A stretch of DNA of 64,000 nucleotides from an uncultured Alphaproteobacteria bacterium (lineage in GTDB: Bacteria > Pseudomonadota > Alphaproteobacteria > Rhizobiales > Xanthobacteraceae). The notes under the pieces were generated by a model. The model ran no database searches and was not told where the DNA came from. It saw nothing but the letters and a program-made list of their open reading frames with translations. Shown here one piece after another: positions 31,505 through 43,006 of this stretch. The number at the start of each line of letters is the position of its first letter. Position 1 is the stretch's first letter. The stretch lies in assembly GCA_963795365.1 (NCBI GenBank), contig CAWCHW010000034.1, positions 92,124-156,123 on the forward strand, read 5' to 3'. The translations under genes were made by a program, and so were the position numbers.

Positions 31505-33372
31505 TCAACCAGCGGTCTCATTCTGCGCACTCGCTTCGAGCCATTGCTCCTCGGCGCGCTGCAGCGCGCTTGCGGCATTGGCGCGCGCCTGGCTGAGCTG
31601 CGCCGCCTGCTTCGGATCGCGGGTGAAGATATCCGGTAAAGCGAGCGCGGTGTCGATCTTGGCGATGATGGCGGTGATGCGTTCGATCTCGGCTTCGGCT
31701 TGCGAGATCTTCTGCTTCAGCGGCTTCTGCTTCTCGCCCCTGGCGCGTTCGCCTCGGTCGCGGCCGGTCGCGCGCTCATTGCTTTCGCGCGTGGCTCCGG
31801 CTTGCCGCGCGCCGACAGCACGAGGCGACGATAATCGTCGAGATCGCCGTCGAAGCTCGTTACCGCATGGTCGGCGACCACCCACAGCTGGTCGGCGCAG
31901 GCCTCGATGAGATAGCGGTCATGCGACACCATGATCACCGCGCCCGGAAAGTCATTGATGGCTTCCGCCAGTGCCGCGCGGCTGTCGATGTCGAGATGGT
32001 TGGTCGGCTCGTCCAGGATGATCATGTTGGGACCGAAGAAGGTCGCAAGTCCCAGCAGCAACCGCGCCTTCTCGCCACCCGAGAGACTCCCGACCTTTGT
32101 GTCGGCGGCCTTGCCGGAAAAGCCGATGGCGCCGGCGCGGCCTCGCACCTTCGACTCCGGCGCCTCCGGCATCAGCTTGCGGATGTGGTCGTAGGTGGAG
32201 GCGTCTTCGTTCAGTTCGTCGAGCTGATGCTGGGCGAAATAGGCGACCGCGAGCTTGTCGGCCCGGGTGACCCTGCCGGAGAAAGGATTGAGCCGGCCGG
32301 CGAGCAGCTTGACCAGCGTCGATTTGCCGTTGCCGTTGGCGCCCAAGAGCGCGATGCGGTCGTCATTGTCGATCCTGAGCGTCACGCGACTGAGCACGGG
32401 GTTATCGGGATCGTAGCCGACGCTGACACCATCGACCGCGATGATCGGCGGCGACAGCATCTTGTCGGGATGCGCGAAGCTGATCTCCCGCACGTCCTGG
32501 GTGACCAGCGCCGCGACCGGCTTCATCCGCTCCAGCATTTTGACGCGAGACTGCGCCTGGCGGGCTTTCGACGCCTTGGCCTTGAAGCGGTCGACGAAGG
32601 CCTGCAGGCGCTTGCGCTCCGCCTCCTGCCGTTTGACCTGCTTGGCATCGAGCATCTCGCGCGTGGCGCGCTGCTCTTCGAACGAGGAATAGCTGCCGCG
32701 ATAGAGCGTGAGCTTGCCGCGGTCGAGATGCAGGATCTGGTCGACGGATGTTTCGAGCAGGTCACGGTCGTGGCTGATCACGATCACCGTGCGTGGATAG
32801 TTCGCCAGATGGTCCTCGAGCCAGAGCGTGCCTTCGAGATCGAGATAGTTGGTCGGCTCATCCAGCAGCAGCAGGTCGGGTGCGGCAAACAGCGTCGCCG
32901 CCAGTGCGACGCGCATGCGCCAGCCGCCGGAAAATTCGCCGACCGGCCGCGCCTGCTCCGATGTGGAAAAGCCGAGACCGCTCAGAATCGCGGCAGCGCG
33001 CGCCGGCGCCGAATGGGCGTCGATGTCGACGAGGCGGGTCTGGATCTCGGCGATCCGGTGCGGATCGTGGGCACTCTCGGCTTCCCGCAGCAACGCATCG
33101 CGCTCGATATCGGCCTTGAGCACGACTTCGACCAAACTATCGGGGCCATCGGGCGCTTCCTGGGCCAGCGAGCCGACACGCCAGCGCGGCGGGATCGTGA
33201 TCGTCCCGCTCTCGATCGCGAGCTCGCCGCGGATCGCCCGGAACAGCGTCGACTTGCCGGTGCCGTTGCGGCCAACCAGACCGACGCGCGCACCGGGTAC
33301 GATTTGCGCCGAGCTCTGGTCGATCAGCAGGCGCCCCGCGAGGCGGATTGAAATGTCCGATATGGAAAGCAT
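31505..33372 (-). CDS. ABC-F family ATPase (YheS-like), frameshifted near 31790 before the C-terminal coiled-coil domain
   Basis: Two NBDs (GRNGTGKST, FSGGW, LDEPTN; GANGNGKST, LSGGE); CTD PLKQKISQAEAEIERI...LQRAEEQWLE lies in a different frame (ORF 31505..31885). Confidence 0.9.
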
Positions 33373-33464
33373 GCGCGGTTTGTCACCGCAGGCGCGACCA
33401 AACGCAATGGGATTGCGTCACAAAATCCGCGCGTGCATGCCGCCAAGGCGCGTTTTGCGCGGCC

Positions 33465-33650
33465 TTAGCGACGGACAAATCCGGCGTCGTCCTGCCTCCG
33501 CAGCTCGCTCAGGAGCTCTTTCAGATGAGGCGACAGGTCCGAACGCTCCGGCCGCAGATCCTTCTGCAGCCGCTCGCCCACGGCGTCGCAGATCGACCGG
33601 CTGGTCTTGTAGTCCATCTGCTCGATGTTATCGGCCTCGATGCCAATCAT
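33465..33650 (-). CDS. Small helical hypothetical protein, 61 aa
   Basis: MIGIEADNIEQMDYKTSRSICDAVGERLQKDLRPERSDLSPHLKELLSELRRQD; typical codon usage. Confidence 0.6.
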   Translation of the reverse strand: MIGIEADNIEQMDYKTSRSICDAVGERLQKDLRPERSDLSPHLKELLSELRRQDDAGFVRR

Positions 33651-33850
33651 GGCGGGTTCCGTTGCGTTCGTTTGCTCAAACGACGTATTTCGCTCAAGAC
33701 ACCCAATTCCAACTCGGCCGCGTCGCAATTGTTTCCGCGGATCTCTGCGCGCATGGCTTTTTCGTGAATCTGCATGAAATTTGAGCGCTTTTCGGCCGCG
33801 CGCCAAGAGTCCCCGGCAAAGCCGGCTTGTCGTCGCGGGGAACGAATCGA

Positions 33851-34078
33851 TCAATAGCAGCGGTTGACCAGCCGCCATCGCGGTCCCCACGGGGTGGGGC
33901 GCAGTTCGCGCACGTAACAGCTGCCATAGCCATAGGAGACGGGGGCGCCGAGATAGAAGCGCGGACCCCACCAGCCGTGGCGATATCCGTCGTACCAGGC
34001 GGCCGCCGGGGTCGGCGCCACAGCCGCGCCGCAGAACGCTGCAGCGGCAACTGCAACAGGCCAGAGTTTGCGAAACAT
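33851..34078 (-). CDS. Small secreted Gly/Tyr/Trp-rich protein with Cys pair
   Basis: GGAG RBS, signal peptide ending PAAA, C-terminal CYVRELRPTPWGPRWRLVNRCY. Confidence 0.75.
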   Translation of the reverse strand: MFRKLWPVAVAAAAFCGAAVAPTPAAAWYDGYRHGWWGPRFYLGAPVSYGYGSCYVRELRPTPWGPRWRLVNRCY

Positions 34079-34253
34079 GTCGTCTCCATCGTCGGGCGCG
34101 GATCTGGCGCCGTGGGGTCTGTGACCGGCTCGATTTGACCCGGGCTTCCGGTCGATTGCAGCCTATGCGAGCGCTCCCGAACAGGACCATCATGGCCGCT
34201 GCAGCGGGGTGAAATTGTTGGAATTCCTCGACTTCAGGTCCCTGTAAGGTCGC

Positions 34254-34282
34254 TTGCCGGGGGCGTGGGGCGTCGATATAAG
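34254..34282 (+). promoter_or_regulatory. Candidate sigma70 promoter of ndk
   Basis: TTGCCG-N17-TATAAG. Confidence 0.5.
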
Positions 34283-34324
34283 CGCCGCAACCCGAAATCC
34301 CCGTTAATTTGAGGACCAAAACTC

Positions 34325-34747
34325 ATGGCGACTGAACGCACTTTCTCGATCATCAAGCCCGACGCGACCGCGCGCAATCTGACCGGCGCGGTCAACGCGC
34401 TGATCGAGAAGGCGGGCCTGCGGATCATCGCGCAAAAGCGCATCCGCATGTCGCGCGAGCAGGCCGAGACCTTTTATGCGGTGCACAAGGCGCGCCCGTT
34501 CTTCGGCGAGCTGGTGGAATTCATGACCTCGGGCCCGGTGGTGGTGCAGGTGCTGGAAGGCGACAACGCGATCGCGAAATATCGTGACGTGATGGGCGCG
34601 ACCGATCCGTCGAAGGCGGCGGATGGCACCATCCGCAAGGTTCATGCAAAGTCGATCGGCGAGAACTCGGTGCACGGTTCCGATGCCAAGGAGACGGCGG
34701 CGCTCGAGATCGCGCAGTTCTTCGCCGGCAACGAGATCGTCGGCTGA
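34325..34747 (+). CDS. ndk: Nucleoside diphosphate kinase
   Basis: [29 protein letters not shown]. Confidence 0.98.
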   Translation: MATERTFSIIKPDATARNLTGAVNALIEKAGLRIIAQKRIRMSREQAETFYAVHKARPFFGELVEFMTSGPVVVQVLEGDNAIAKYRDVMGATDPSKAADGTIRKVHAKSIGENSVHGSDAKETAALEIAQFFAGNEIVG

Positions 34748-34811
34748 GATAGGTGACCAGCGAGCACGGGAGACAGAGGTAGCCGTCGGTATTAAGGGGG
34801 AGGGGTAGGCT

Positions 34812-35643
34812 GTGGACTGGCTGATGCATGTGTTCGATCCCGCCAATATCGGCGCGTTCTTCACGCAGTTCCAGGCCGACATGCAGAAGCCGACGTTCTG
34901 GCTCGCCGTCGGCAAGATCATCTGGATCAATATCCTGCTGTCGGGTGACAACGCGCTCGTGATCGCCATGGCCTGCCGCGGCCTGCATGGCCGTAACCGG
35001 ATGTGGGGCATGGTCATCGGCTGCCGGCGTCGCGGTCGTGCTGCTGATTGCCTTCACCGGCATCGTCGCAACCCTGATGCAGCTGCCCTATCTGAAGCTG
35101 GTCGGCGGCGTCGCGCTGCTGGTGATCGCGGCCAAGCTGCTGGTGCCGGAAGACGAGAACGACGAGATCGCCGCCGGCACCACGTTGTGGCACGCCGTGC
35201 GCATCGTCGTGATCGCCGACATCATCATGAGCCTGGACAACGTGATCGCGGTCGCGGCGGCTGCCCAGGGCAGTCTTCCGCTGCTGATGCTGGGACTCAC
35301 CATCTCCATTCCCATGATCATCGCGGGCGCGGCGCTGATCATGCTGATCCTGGACAAATACCCGGTGCTGATCTGGCTCGGCGCGATGCTGCTCGGATGG
35401 ATCGCAGGCGACGTGATCGCCAGCGACCCGGTCGACCAGTCCTTCCTGCATCGCGTGCTCGATGGTCACTTCAGCATCGACATGACCTCGGCGATTCTCG
35501 GTGTGTCGCATTTCAACATCGACGGCGACCTGATGGATATCGCCGCATCGGTGCTGGGTGCGATCGTCGTGCTGGTCGTGGGAACAATCTGGCGCCGGCG
35601 CAAGCTGCAGGCGCAAACGCAGGAGGCGGAGGCGCACGCGTAA
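34812..35643 (+). pseudogene. TerC family membrane protein with 1-nt frameshift near 35021 (pseudogene or sequencing error)
   Basis: N-half WINILLSGDNALVIAMAC in one frame; C-half AGVAVVLL..ADIIMSLDNVIAVAAAA in another; junction atc ggc tgc cgg. Confidence 0.85.
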
Positions 35644-35759
35644 CGTCTCGTCGCGGATACGACTTTCGTTCCGGCGACAAATCGCCACCCGGACAATTGG
35701 CCACCCGGTCCGAACGATCATTTTGCGATACCGAGTGACGGTAAAGGTCGCGCTCGGAG

Positions 35760-36593
35760 ATGGCATTGGACTGGTTGTCTGACGTATTCGATTCCACGGG
35801 AATCGGCGGCATTCTCGGACAATTCAGCGCCGAAATCGCTCACCCGCAATTCTGGGTGAACCTTTCGAAGATCATCTGGATCAACATCCTGTTGTCCGGC
35901 GACAACGCGCTGGTCGTTGCGATGGCATGCCGCTCGCTAGCGCCGCGCCAGCGCCTCTGGGGCATGGTGCTGGGCACCGCCGCGGCCGTGCTGCTGCGCA
36001 TCTTCTTCACGATCATCATCACCAGCGTGATGGGCTTGCCTTATCTGAAGCTGGTGGCGGGCCTGGCGCTGATCGTGATCGCGGCAAAACTGCTGGTGCC
36101 CCGCGACGAACCGCACGAGGCGATCGGATCGGCCTCGCAGCTCTGGGCCGCCGTGCAGATCGTCGTGCTCGCCGATGTCGTGATGAGCCTCGACAACGTC
36201 ATCGCGGTCGCGGCTGCAGCCGACGGCAGCGTTCCGTTGCTGATCTTCGGTCTTGCCAGCAGTATCCCGTTGATCATCGCAGGCGCCGCGCTGATCATGG
36301 CGCTGCTGTCGATGCTGCCGATCCTGGTGTGGGCCGGCTCCGCCTTGCTGGGGTGGATCGCGGGCGATGTCATCGCGACCGATCCGGCCGTGCATCCGCG
36401 GCTGCAAGGTATTTTCGAAGGCGCCATCGGCATCGAACTGGATGCCATGCTGACGCTGTTTGGCGTTGCGCCGTTGTTCGTGGCTGGCAACGGCGGCGAG
36501 ATCGCCTGCGGTTTGCTCGGCGTGATCATGGTGCTGATTGTCGGATCGATCTGGCGGCAGAGCCGGCATCACCTCGCGCAGCCGGCGCAGTAA
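35760..36593 (+). CDS. TerC family (YjbE-like) membrane protein, tandem paralog
   Basis: WINILLSGDNALVVAMAC, ADVVMSLDNVIAVAAAA. Confidence 0.92.
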   Translation: MALDWLSDVFDSTGIGGILGQFSAEIAHPQFWVNLSKIIWINILLSGDNALVVAMACRSLAPRQRLWGMVLGTAAAVLLRIFFTIIITSVMGLPYLKLVAGLALIVIAAKLLVPRDEPHEAIGSASQLWAAVQIVVLADVVMSLDNVIAVAAAADGSVPLLIFGLASSIPLIIAGAALIMALLSMLPILVWAGSALLGWIAGDVIATDPAVHPRLQGIFEGAIGIELDAMLTLFGVAPLFVAGNGGEIACGLLGVIMVLIVGSIWRQSRHHLAQPAQ

Positions 36594-36594
36594 C

Positions 36595-36684
36595 GGCATG
36601 ATCCGGAAAAGTGCGAAGCGGTTTTCCCTCGCGACAAACGCAAGCGTTTGCGCGGAGATCATGCCCAAACAAAAAGCGCGCTAG
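36595..36684. repeat. Rhizobial intergenic palindromic element (RIME/BRU-RS-like)
   Basis: ggcatgatc...gatcatgcc 9-bp arms enclosing ggaaaa/ttttcc and caaacgc/gcgtttg hairpins; ends at CTAG overlapping ppx stop. Confidence 0.75.
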
Positions 36685-38183
36685 CGCCGCACGATCGATC
36701 CCGAACGGCCCACCAGACGGGCGAGCTGGCGGAAGCGGTTGCCGACGCGGTCGGCGACGAGATCGACCATCCGGTGCTCGAACACCAGCATCAGCTTGCG
36801 GCCGCGCGTCCGAAAATGAGTTGCCTTGAGCACGCCCGGCCGCGCCGCCGAGATCAGATGCGCGACGCGGAACGCCGCGCCGAGCACGCGGGCGCGCTCG
36901 AGCTGGGTTTGCGACACCTGCTCCTGAATGACGAGCGGCGGCTGGTTCTCCTCGGAAAGGCCGGCGTAGCGGAAGAACACCGACAGGGCGACGAAGGCGC
37001 GGCCCTGATGACTGACCGAACCGAAATTGCCGTTGGTGATGAGCTCCAGCGTCTGCTCGCCGCGATGATCGGGATGCACGCGCCAGGCAATGTCGGACAA
37101 CAGGCAGGCCGCGTGACGCAGCCGGCGGTCTTCCTCGGTCTCGCGCAAGCGCACCACCCGCACCAGGCGGTCGGTCCATTCGATCAATTCCTGCGCGTGG
37201 CGTGCCGAGCGCGATAGCAGCTCGTTCAGCGTCTGCGCGGCGCAGATGAAGCCGTCCTTGTCGCGCTCGGCCTCCGGCAGCATCGAATAGAGCAGGCCCT
37301 CGCGGACGCCGAAGGTCGAGAACGTGATCATTTTCGGCCGCGCGGTGCGGATGATGTATTCCAGCACCAGCGCGGCATAGGTCAAAAGCGGCCGGCGGGC
37401 GTCGGCGATCGCCTCGATATCGGCCAACATGTCGGCGGCGGCAAGCCGGCGCAGGCGCCGCACGAAGTCGAGCGCATCCGCCGCCGGAAGCGTATATTCG
37501 TGCATCACCTTCAGCGGATAGCCGCTCTGGATGATGTGAATGCGCGCCAGCGCGCGCCAGGTGCCGCCGACGGCGTAGAAAGTTCGGCCGCGGCCGGATT
37601 TCAGGCGCGGCAGTTCCGACAGCTCGTTCTTGACGATGCGCTCGGCGCGCTTCAGCGATTTGTGCGCGAGATCCTGCAGCGCGAGACTGCCGAGCGGCAG
37701 GGTGACGCCGCCGCGTACCTGGTGGCCGCGCACATCGATCAGTTCGAGCGAACCGCCGCCGAGATCGCCGACGATACCATCCGGCTTGTGGATGCCGGAG
37801 ACCACGCCGAGCGCGGACAGCTTCGCCTCGCGCGACCCCGACAGGATCTCGATCCTGACGCCGCAGATGCGCTCGGCCTTGGCGATGAAGTCAGGCCCGT
37901 TGCTGGCGTCGCGGCAGGCGGCGGTCGCGATCGCATAGACGCGGCCGACCTGCTGGATCTTGCACAATGCATGGAAGCGTCTGAGCGATGTCAGCGCCTT
38001 GTCGACGGCATCGGGCGCGAGCAGGCCGGTCGACTGCACCTCGCGGCCGAGGCCGCACAGCGTCTTCTCGTTGAATACGGAGACGAGGCTGCGCGCCATC
38101 CGCTCATAGACGACGAGACGAACCGAGTTCGAGCCGATGTCGATGACCGCGACGCTTGGCCCGCGCTTGCGCGGCCGTTTCAC
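36681..38183 (-). CDS. ppx: Exopolyphosphatase
   Basis: IDIGSNSVRL, ATAACRDA, DLGGGSLE, GVREG, HPDHRGEQ. Confidence 0.96.
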   Translation of the reverse strand: MKRPRKRGPSVAVIDIGSNSVRLVVYERMARSLVSVFNEKTLCGLGREVQSTGLLAPDAVDKALTSLRRFHALCKIQQVGRVYAIATAACRDASNGPDFIAKAERICGVRIEILSGSREAKLSALGVVSGIHKPDGIVGDLGGGSLELIDVRGHQVRGGVTLPLGSLALQDLAHKSLKRAERIVKNELSELPRLKSGRGRTFYAVGGTWRALARIHIIQSGYPLKVMHEYTLPAADALDFVRRLRRLAAADMLADIEAIADARRPLLTYAALVLEYIIRTARPKMITFSTFGVREGLLYSMLPEAERDKDGFICAAQTLNELLSRSARHAQELIEWTDRLVRVVRLRETEEDRRLRHAACLLSDIAWRVHPDHRGEQTLELITNGNFGSVSHQGRAFVALSVFFRYAGLSEENQPPLVIQEQVSQTQLERARVLGAAFRVAHLISAARPGVLKATHFRTRGRKLMLVFEHRMVDLVADRVGNRFRQLARLVGRSGSIVRR

Positions 38184-38204
38184 CGGCGAGCCCTCTTGTC
38201 CAGA

Positions 38205-40394
38205 TTAATGACGGTCGTTGCGGCGCGTGAGACGGCGCGGCGACGATTGCTTGAGCGACTTGCCACGGCCAGAGAGACTCGGATTGGTCATGAAGTAGTT
38301 GTGCAGGTTGAAGGGCTCGTCGCCTTTCGCGGCCTTCATACGCGTTGAGGACCCATCCGGCAACAACTGCCAGCTCTGCTCGTTGTCCTTCAGGTTGGCG
38401 ACCATGATCTGTTCGAGAACCTGCTGATGCACCGTAGGATTTTGCAGCGGACAGAGCACCTCGACGCGGCGGTCGAGGTTGCGGGGCATCATGTCGGCGG
38501 ATGAGATATACACAGCCGCTTTTGCGCTGGGCAGCCCCTGGCCCATGCCGAAACAGTAGATCCGGCCATGCTCGAGGAAGCGGCCGATCACCGATTTGAC
38601 GCGGATGTTTTCCGATAGTCCCGGCAACCCCGGCCTGAGGCAGCAAATGCCGCGCACCACGAGCTCGATCGACACGCCGGCCTGAGACGCCTCATACAGC
38701 GCATCGATGATGTCGGGATCGACCAGCGCGTTCATCTTCATCCAGATCGCGCCGGGGCGGCCGTGCTTGGCATGGTTGGTCTCGCCACGGATATGCTCGA
38801 GCATGCGCTTGCGCAATGTCAGCGGCGACACCGCCATCTTTTCCAGGTCGCTGGGCGCGGCATAGCCGGTGATGTAGTTGAACACGCGTGCCGCATCGCG
38901 TCCGATGGCCGGATCGGACGTAAAGTAAGAGAGGTCGGTGTAAATGCGCGCGGTCACCGGATGATAATTGCCGGTGCCGGTGTGGACATAGGTCGTGAGC
39001 GAGCCGCCCTCGCGGCGCACCACCATCGACAGCTTGGCGTGCGTCTTCAGTTCGAGGAAGCCGTAGACCACCTGCACACCGGCGCGTTCGAGGTCGCGCG
39101 CCCAGCGGATGTTGGCTTCCTCGTCGAAGCGCGCTTTCAGCTCGATCAGCGCAGTGACGGTTTTTCCGGCTTCGGCGGCTTCCACCAGCGCGCGCACGAT
39201 CGGCGAATTGCTGGAGGTGCGATAGAGCGTCTGCTTGATGGCGACGACGTCGGGGTCGCGCGTGGCCTGCTGCAGGAACTGCACCACCACGTCGAAGGAT
39301 TCGTAGGGGTGGTGGACGACCAGGTCCTTCTGCCGGATCGCGGCGAAAATATCACCGCCCTGTTCGCGGACCCGCTCGGGATGGCGCGGCACGTAAGGCG
39401 GGAATTCGAGGTCGGCGCGATCGAGCCGGGTCAATTGCGACAGCTCGTTCATCGCCAGCACGCCGTCGACCAGGAAGACTTCATCGTCGGTGGTCGAAAG
39501 CGCCTGCTGCACGAAATGCCGCAGCTCTTCGGGCATGTTGGCTTCGATCTCGAGCCGGATCACCGATCCGCGCCGCCGGCGCTTCAGCGCGGTCTCGAAC
39601 ACCCGCACCAGGTCTTCGGCCTCTTCCTCGATTTCCATTTCGGAGTCGCGGATGATCCGGAACGAGCCCTGGCCCTTGACGGTGTAGCCGGGGAACAGCC
39701 GGCCGATGAACAGGCCGGTCGCCTGCTCCAGCGTGATCAGGTGGACCGCGCCATCCTTGCCCGAGGGCATGCGGATGAAGCGGTCGATCTTGCCGGGCAT
39801 GCGGATCAGCGCGTTCATCGGTTTGCCGTCGGACGTGCGCGCCAGCTGCAGCGCCACGGTGAAGCCGAGGCTCGGGATGAACGGGAAGGGGTGCGCCGGA
39901 TCGATCGCAAGCGGGGTGAGCAGCGGGAAGATGTTGTGGAGGAAATGATCCTCGATCCAGTTGCGTTCGCTCTTGGTGACGTCGCGCCCGTCAACCAGAA
40001 TGATGCCGACGTCGGCCAGCGCGTGGCGCAGGTCGCGCCAGATCGCCTGCTGGTCGTTGGCGAGCTCCGACACCCCCTTGTTGATCAGCACGAGCTGCTC
40101 GGCCGGCGACAGTCCGTCGGGGCTGCGCTCGGTGATGCCTTCGCGGACCTGCGCCCGGATGCCGGCGACGCGGACCATGAAGAACTCATCAAGGTTATTT
40201 GCGGAAATCGACAGGAACCGAACCCGTTCCAGCATCGGATGGCCGGGATTGACGGATTCTTCGAGCACCCGGCGATTGAAATGCAGCCAGGACAGCTCGC
40301 GATTGATGAAGCGCTCGGGGCTTGCCGCAATCGAGGGCGCGGCCTCCGCGACGGCCGGTTTCTCTTCAATTACAACGGCTTGCTCGGTGTCCAT
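38205..40394 (-). CDS. ppk: Polyphosphate kinase 1
   Basis: [51 protein letters not shown]. Confidence 0.97.
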   Translation of the reverse strand: MDTEQAVVIEEKPAVAEAAPSIAASPERFINRELSWLHFNRRVLEESVNPGHPMLERVRFLSISANNLDEFFMVRVAGIRAQVREGITERSPDGLSPAEQLVLINKGVSELANDQQAIWRDLRHALADVGIILVDGRDVTKSERNWIEDHFLHNIFPLLTPLAIDPAHPFPFIPSLGFTVALQLARTSDGKPMNALIRMPGKIDRFIRMPSGKDGAVHLITLEQATGLFIGRLFPGYTVKGQGSFRIIRDSEMEIEEEAEDLVRVFETALKRRRRGSVIRLEIEANMPEELRHFVQQALSTTDDEVFLVDGVLAMNELSQLTRLDRADLEFPPYVPRHPERVREQGGDIFAAIRQKDLVVHHPYESFDVVVQFLQQATRDPDVVAIKQTLYRTSSNSPIVRALVEAAEAGKTVTALIELKARFDEEANIRWARDLERAGVQVVYGFLELKTHAKLSMVVRREGGSLTTYVHTGTGNYHPVTARIYTDLSYFTSDPAIGRDAARVFNYITGYAAPSDLEKMAVSPLTLRKRMLEHIRGETNHAKHGRPGAIWMKMNALVDPDIIDALYEASQAGVSIELVVRGICCLRPGLPGLSENIRVKSVIGRFLEHGRIYCFGMGQGLPSAKAAVYISSADMMPRNLDRRVEVLCPLQNPTVHQQVLEQIMVANLKDNEQSWQLLPDGSSTRMKAAKGDEPFNLHNYFMTNPSLSGRGKSLKQSSPRRLTRRNDRH

Positions 40395-40525
40395 GAGACT
40401 TCGGTCCAATCGGGGGCTACTCGCCTTGCGCATAACCAACGCTTTTGGCGTGGATTATGTGACAGCCGAGTGACAATTCACGGACATGATGTCCCGGACC
40501 CCTGCGGCGTCAAGCCGCCAACCGG

Positions 40526-41203
40526 TCACGCTTTGCGCCAGAGTTCGGCAGCCAGCGCCCGGGTTGCCGGCCGGCCCAGCCGCAGCGCCTCGCGGTCGAG
40601 CTGGTCGACCGCATGCCGCGCGGCCGCATAGGACCGCTCGATCCGCGTTGCGAGATAGCCGACCACGCTCTCGTCGACGGCGAGCTGCCGGTCGGCGCAA
40701 AACTTGACGATCAGCGCGCGGAACAGGAGGTCATCCGGCTCTGCAAGCGACACCACCGGCAGTGCGCGCAGGCGCGAGCGCAGGTCGCGCAACTCGACCT
40801 CGATGGAAGAGGGCGGCGTGCGCGCGGTGATCAACAGATAAGCCTGCTCTTCGCGCGCGAGATTGAGCAGATGAAACAGCGCGCGCTCGTCGAAATCACC
40901 CGCCTTCAAATCCTCCACGACCAGCGCGCCGGTGGCGAGTGCGGCCGGCACTGTGGCTGCGCTCAGCGCGTGTGCGGCGGTCGAGCGTGCGCCGGCCTGC
41001 TCGGCCCAAACAGCGGCGAGGTGGCTTTTTCCCGATCCTTCCGGGCCGACCAGCAACATCGTCCGCGCCGGCCATTCCGGCCAGCTCTCGATCAGGCCGA
41101 GCGCCGTCGCGTTCGCCGGTCCTTCCAGAAAATTGTCGCGCGTCAGGCTTTCCGCATGCGGCAAGGCGAACGCCAATTGACGGGGTTGAACGCGAACTGC
41201 CAC
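40526..41203 (-). CDS. hdaA: DnaA-homologous Hda/HdaA protein
   Basis: N-terminal clamp-binding QLAFAL, GPEGSGKSHL, LFHLLN, DLRSRL. Confidence 0.88.
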   Translation of the reverse strand: MAVRVQPRQLAFALPHAESLTRDNFLEGPANATALGLIESWPEWPARTMLLVGPEGSGKSHLAAVWAEQAGARSTAAHALSAATVPAALATGALVVEDLKAGDFDERALFHLLNLAREEQAYLLITARTPPSSIEVELRDLRSRLRALPVVSLAEPDDLLFRALIVKFCADRQLAVDESVVGYLATRIERSYAAARHAVDQLDREALRLGRPATRALAAELWRKA

Positions 41204-41241
41204 CGAAAACCTGCTTCTTCCCGGATTATCGGGCGTTGCCG

Positions 41242-41796
41242 CTATCTCGCTTCGATCGTGCTCATGTGCCGCACCCACTCGACCAAATAGAGGGAAACGG
41301 ACGATAGCGTAAAGACCGTGACAAATCCCATCAGGATCAGGTCGTACGGCCTGGGCTTGAACTCGAAGCCGAGCGAGGCCAGCACGAGCGCTGCGAACGC
41401 CACCTGCGCCACGGTGTTGAGCTTGGAGACCATCGAGGGCTTCATCGGCACCGGCTTGTCGAACAGCCAGGACACGATCACGGCACCGACGATCATGATA
41501 TCGCGCGACACCACCAGGATCACGATCCAGCGCGGGATCGCGCCCCAGATGCCGAGCGCGATGAAGATCGAGACCAGCAGCGCCTTGTCGGCGAGGGGAT
41601 CAAGCAGCGCGCCGAGCTCGCTCGTCAAGTGAAAGCGCTTGGCGAGGAAGCCGTCCACGGCGTCGCTGACGCCGGCAATGATGAACACCGCAAACGCCAG
41701 CGCCATCTGGTCCGAGGCGATCGCCCAGATGATGATCGGAACCAGAAGGATCCGGCCCAACGTGATCATGTTGGGGATGCTGGTCGGAATACTCAC
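41242..41796 (-). CDS. CDP-alcohol phosphatidyltransferase
   Basis: IPNMITLGR, DAVDGFLAKR..SELGALLDPLADK. Confidence 0.93.
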   Translation of the reverse strand: MSIPTSIPNMITLGRILLVPIIIWAIASDQMALAFAVFIIAGVSDAVDGFLAKRFHLTSELGALLDPLADKALLVSIFIALGIWGAIPRWIVILVVSRDIMIVGAVIVSWLFDKPVPMKPSMVSKLNTVAQVAFAALVLASLGFEFKPRPYDLILMGFVTVFTLSSVSLYLVEWVRHMSTIEAR

Positions 41797-41932
41797 GGCG
41801 CTTCCCGGCGCAAAGACCCGGCCTGCCCGTTCGGCCGGTCGTTATCTACATAGTATATGCGCAGGCTCCTTGCGAGCCATTGCACGGCACCGAAATCCGA
41901 CGTAACCAGCCCACACTTCTACGGAATTGGGC

Positions 41933-43006
41933 ATGGCCGAACGCAAAAACGGGCTCACTTACGCGGATTCCGGCGTCGACATCGATGCCGGCAATCGGCT
42001 GGTTGACCTCATCAAGCCGATGGTCCGCGCCACCGCGCGTCCGGGCGCCGATGCCGAGATCGGCGGCTTCGGCGGCTTGTTCGACCTGAAGGCCGCGGGC
42101 TTCAAGGACCCGGTCCTGGTCGCCGCGACCGACGGCGTCGGCACCAAGCTCAAGATTGCGATCGAGACCGGCCTGCATGACGGCATCGGCATCGACCTCG
42201 TCGCGATGTCGGTCAACGACATCGTGGTGCAGGGCGCCGAGCCGCTGTTCTTTCTCGACTACTTCGCCTGCGGCAGGCTCGATCCCGAGGCCACGGCCGC
42301 CATCGTCGCCGGCATCGCGGAAGGCTGTCGCGAATCCGGCTGCGCGCTGATTGGCGGCGAGACCGCCGAGATGCCCGGCCTCTACAAGGACGGCGATTAC
42401 GATCTCGGCGGCTTTGCGGTCGGCGCGGCCGAGCGCGGCACGCTGCTGCCGCGCGGCGATATCGAGGCCGGCGATGCGGTCATTGGGCTCGCGTCCTCAG
42501 GCGTGCATTCCAACGGATTTTCGCTGGTCCGCAAGATCGTCGAGGTGTCCGGCCTCGGCTTCGACGCGCAGGCGCCGTTCTCGCCGGTCATGACGCTCGG
42601 CGGCGCGCTGCTGACGCCGACGCGGCTCTACGTGAAATCGTGTTTGCGTGCGATCCGGGAAACCGGCGCGGTGAAGGGGCTCGCGCACATCACCGGCGGC
42701 GGCTTCACCGACAATATTCCGCGCGTGCTGCCAAAACATTTCGGCGTCGGCATCGATCTGGCGCGGCTGCCGGTGCTGCCGGTGTTCAAATGGCTGGCAG
42801 AGCAGGGCGGCATCGCCGAGCTCGAGCTGTTGCGCACCTTCAATTGCGGCATCGGCATGATCGCGATCGTGAAGCCGGATGCGGTCGAGGAAGTGACGGA
42901 AGTGCTCACCTCCAGCGGCGAGAGCGTCGCGCTGCTCGGCGAGGTGATTCCGGCTGAAGGCGAGCACCGCGTCGTCTATAACGGCCATCTCGATCTCACC
43001 GCATGA
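41933..43006 (+). CDS. purM: Phosphoribosylformylglycinamidine cyclo-ligase
   Basis: [42 protein letters not shown]. Confidence 0.98.
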   Translation: MAERKNGLTYADSGVDIDAGNRLVDLIKPMVRATARPGADAEIGGFGGLFDLKAAGFKDPVLVAATDGVGTKLKIAIETGLHDGIGIDLVAMSVNDIVVQGAEPLFFLDYFACGRLDPEATAAIVAGIAEGCRESGCALIGGETAEMPGLYKDGDYDLGGFAVGAAERGTLLPRGDIEAGDAVIGLASSGVHSNGFSLVRKIVEVSGLGFDAQAPFSPVMTLGGALLTPTRLYVKSCLRAIRETGAVKGLAHITGGGFTDNIPRVLPKHFGVGIDLARLPVLPVFKWLAEQGGIAELELLRTFNCGIGMIAIVKPDAVEEVTEVLTSSGESVALLGEVIPAEGEHRVVYNGHLDLTA

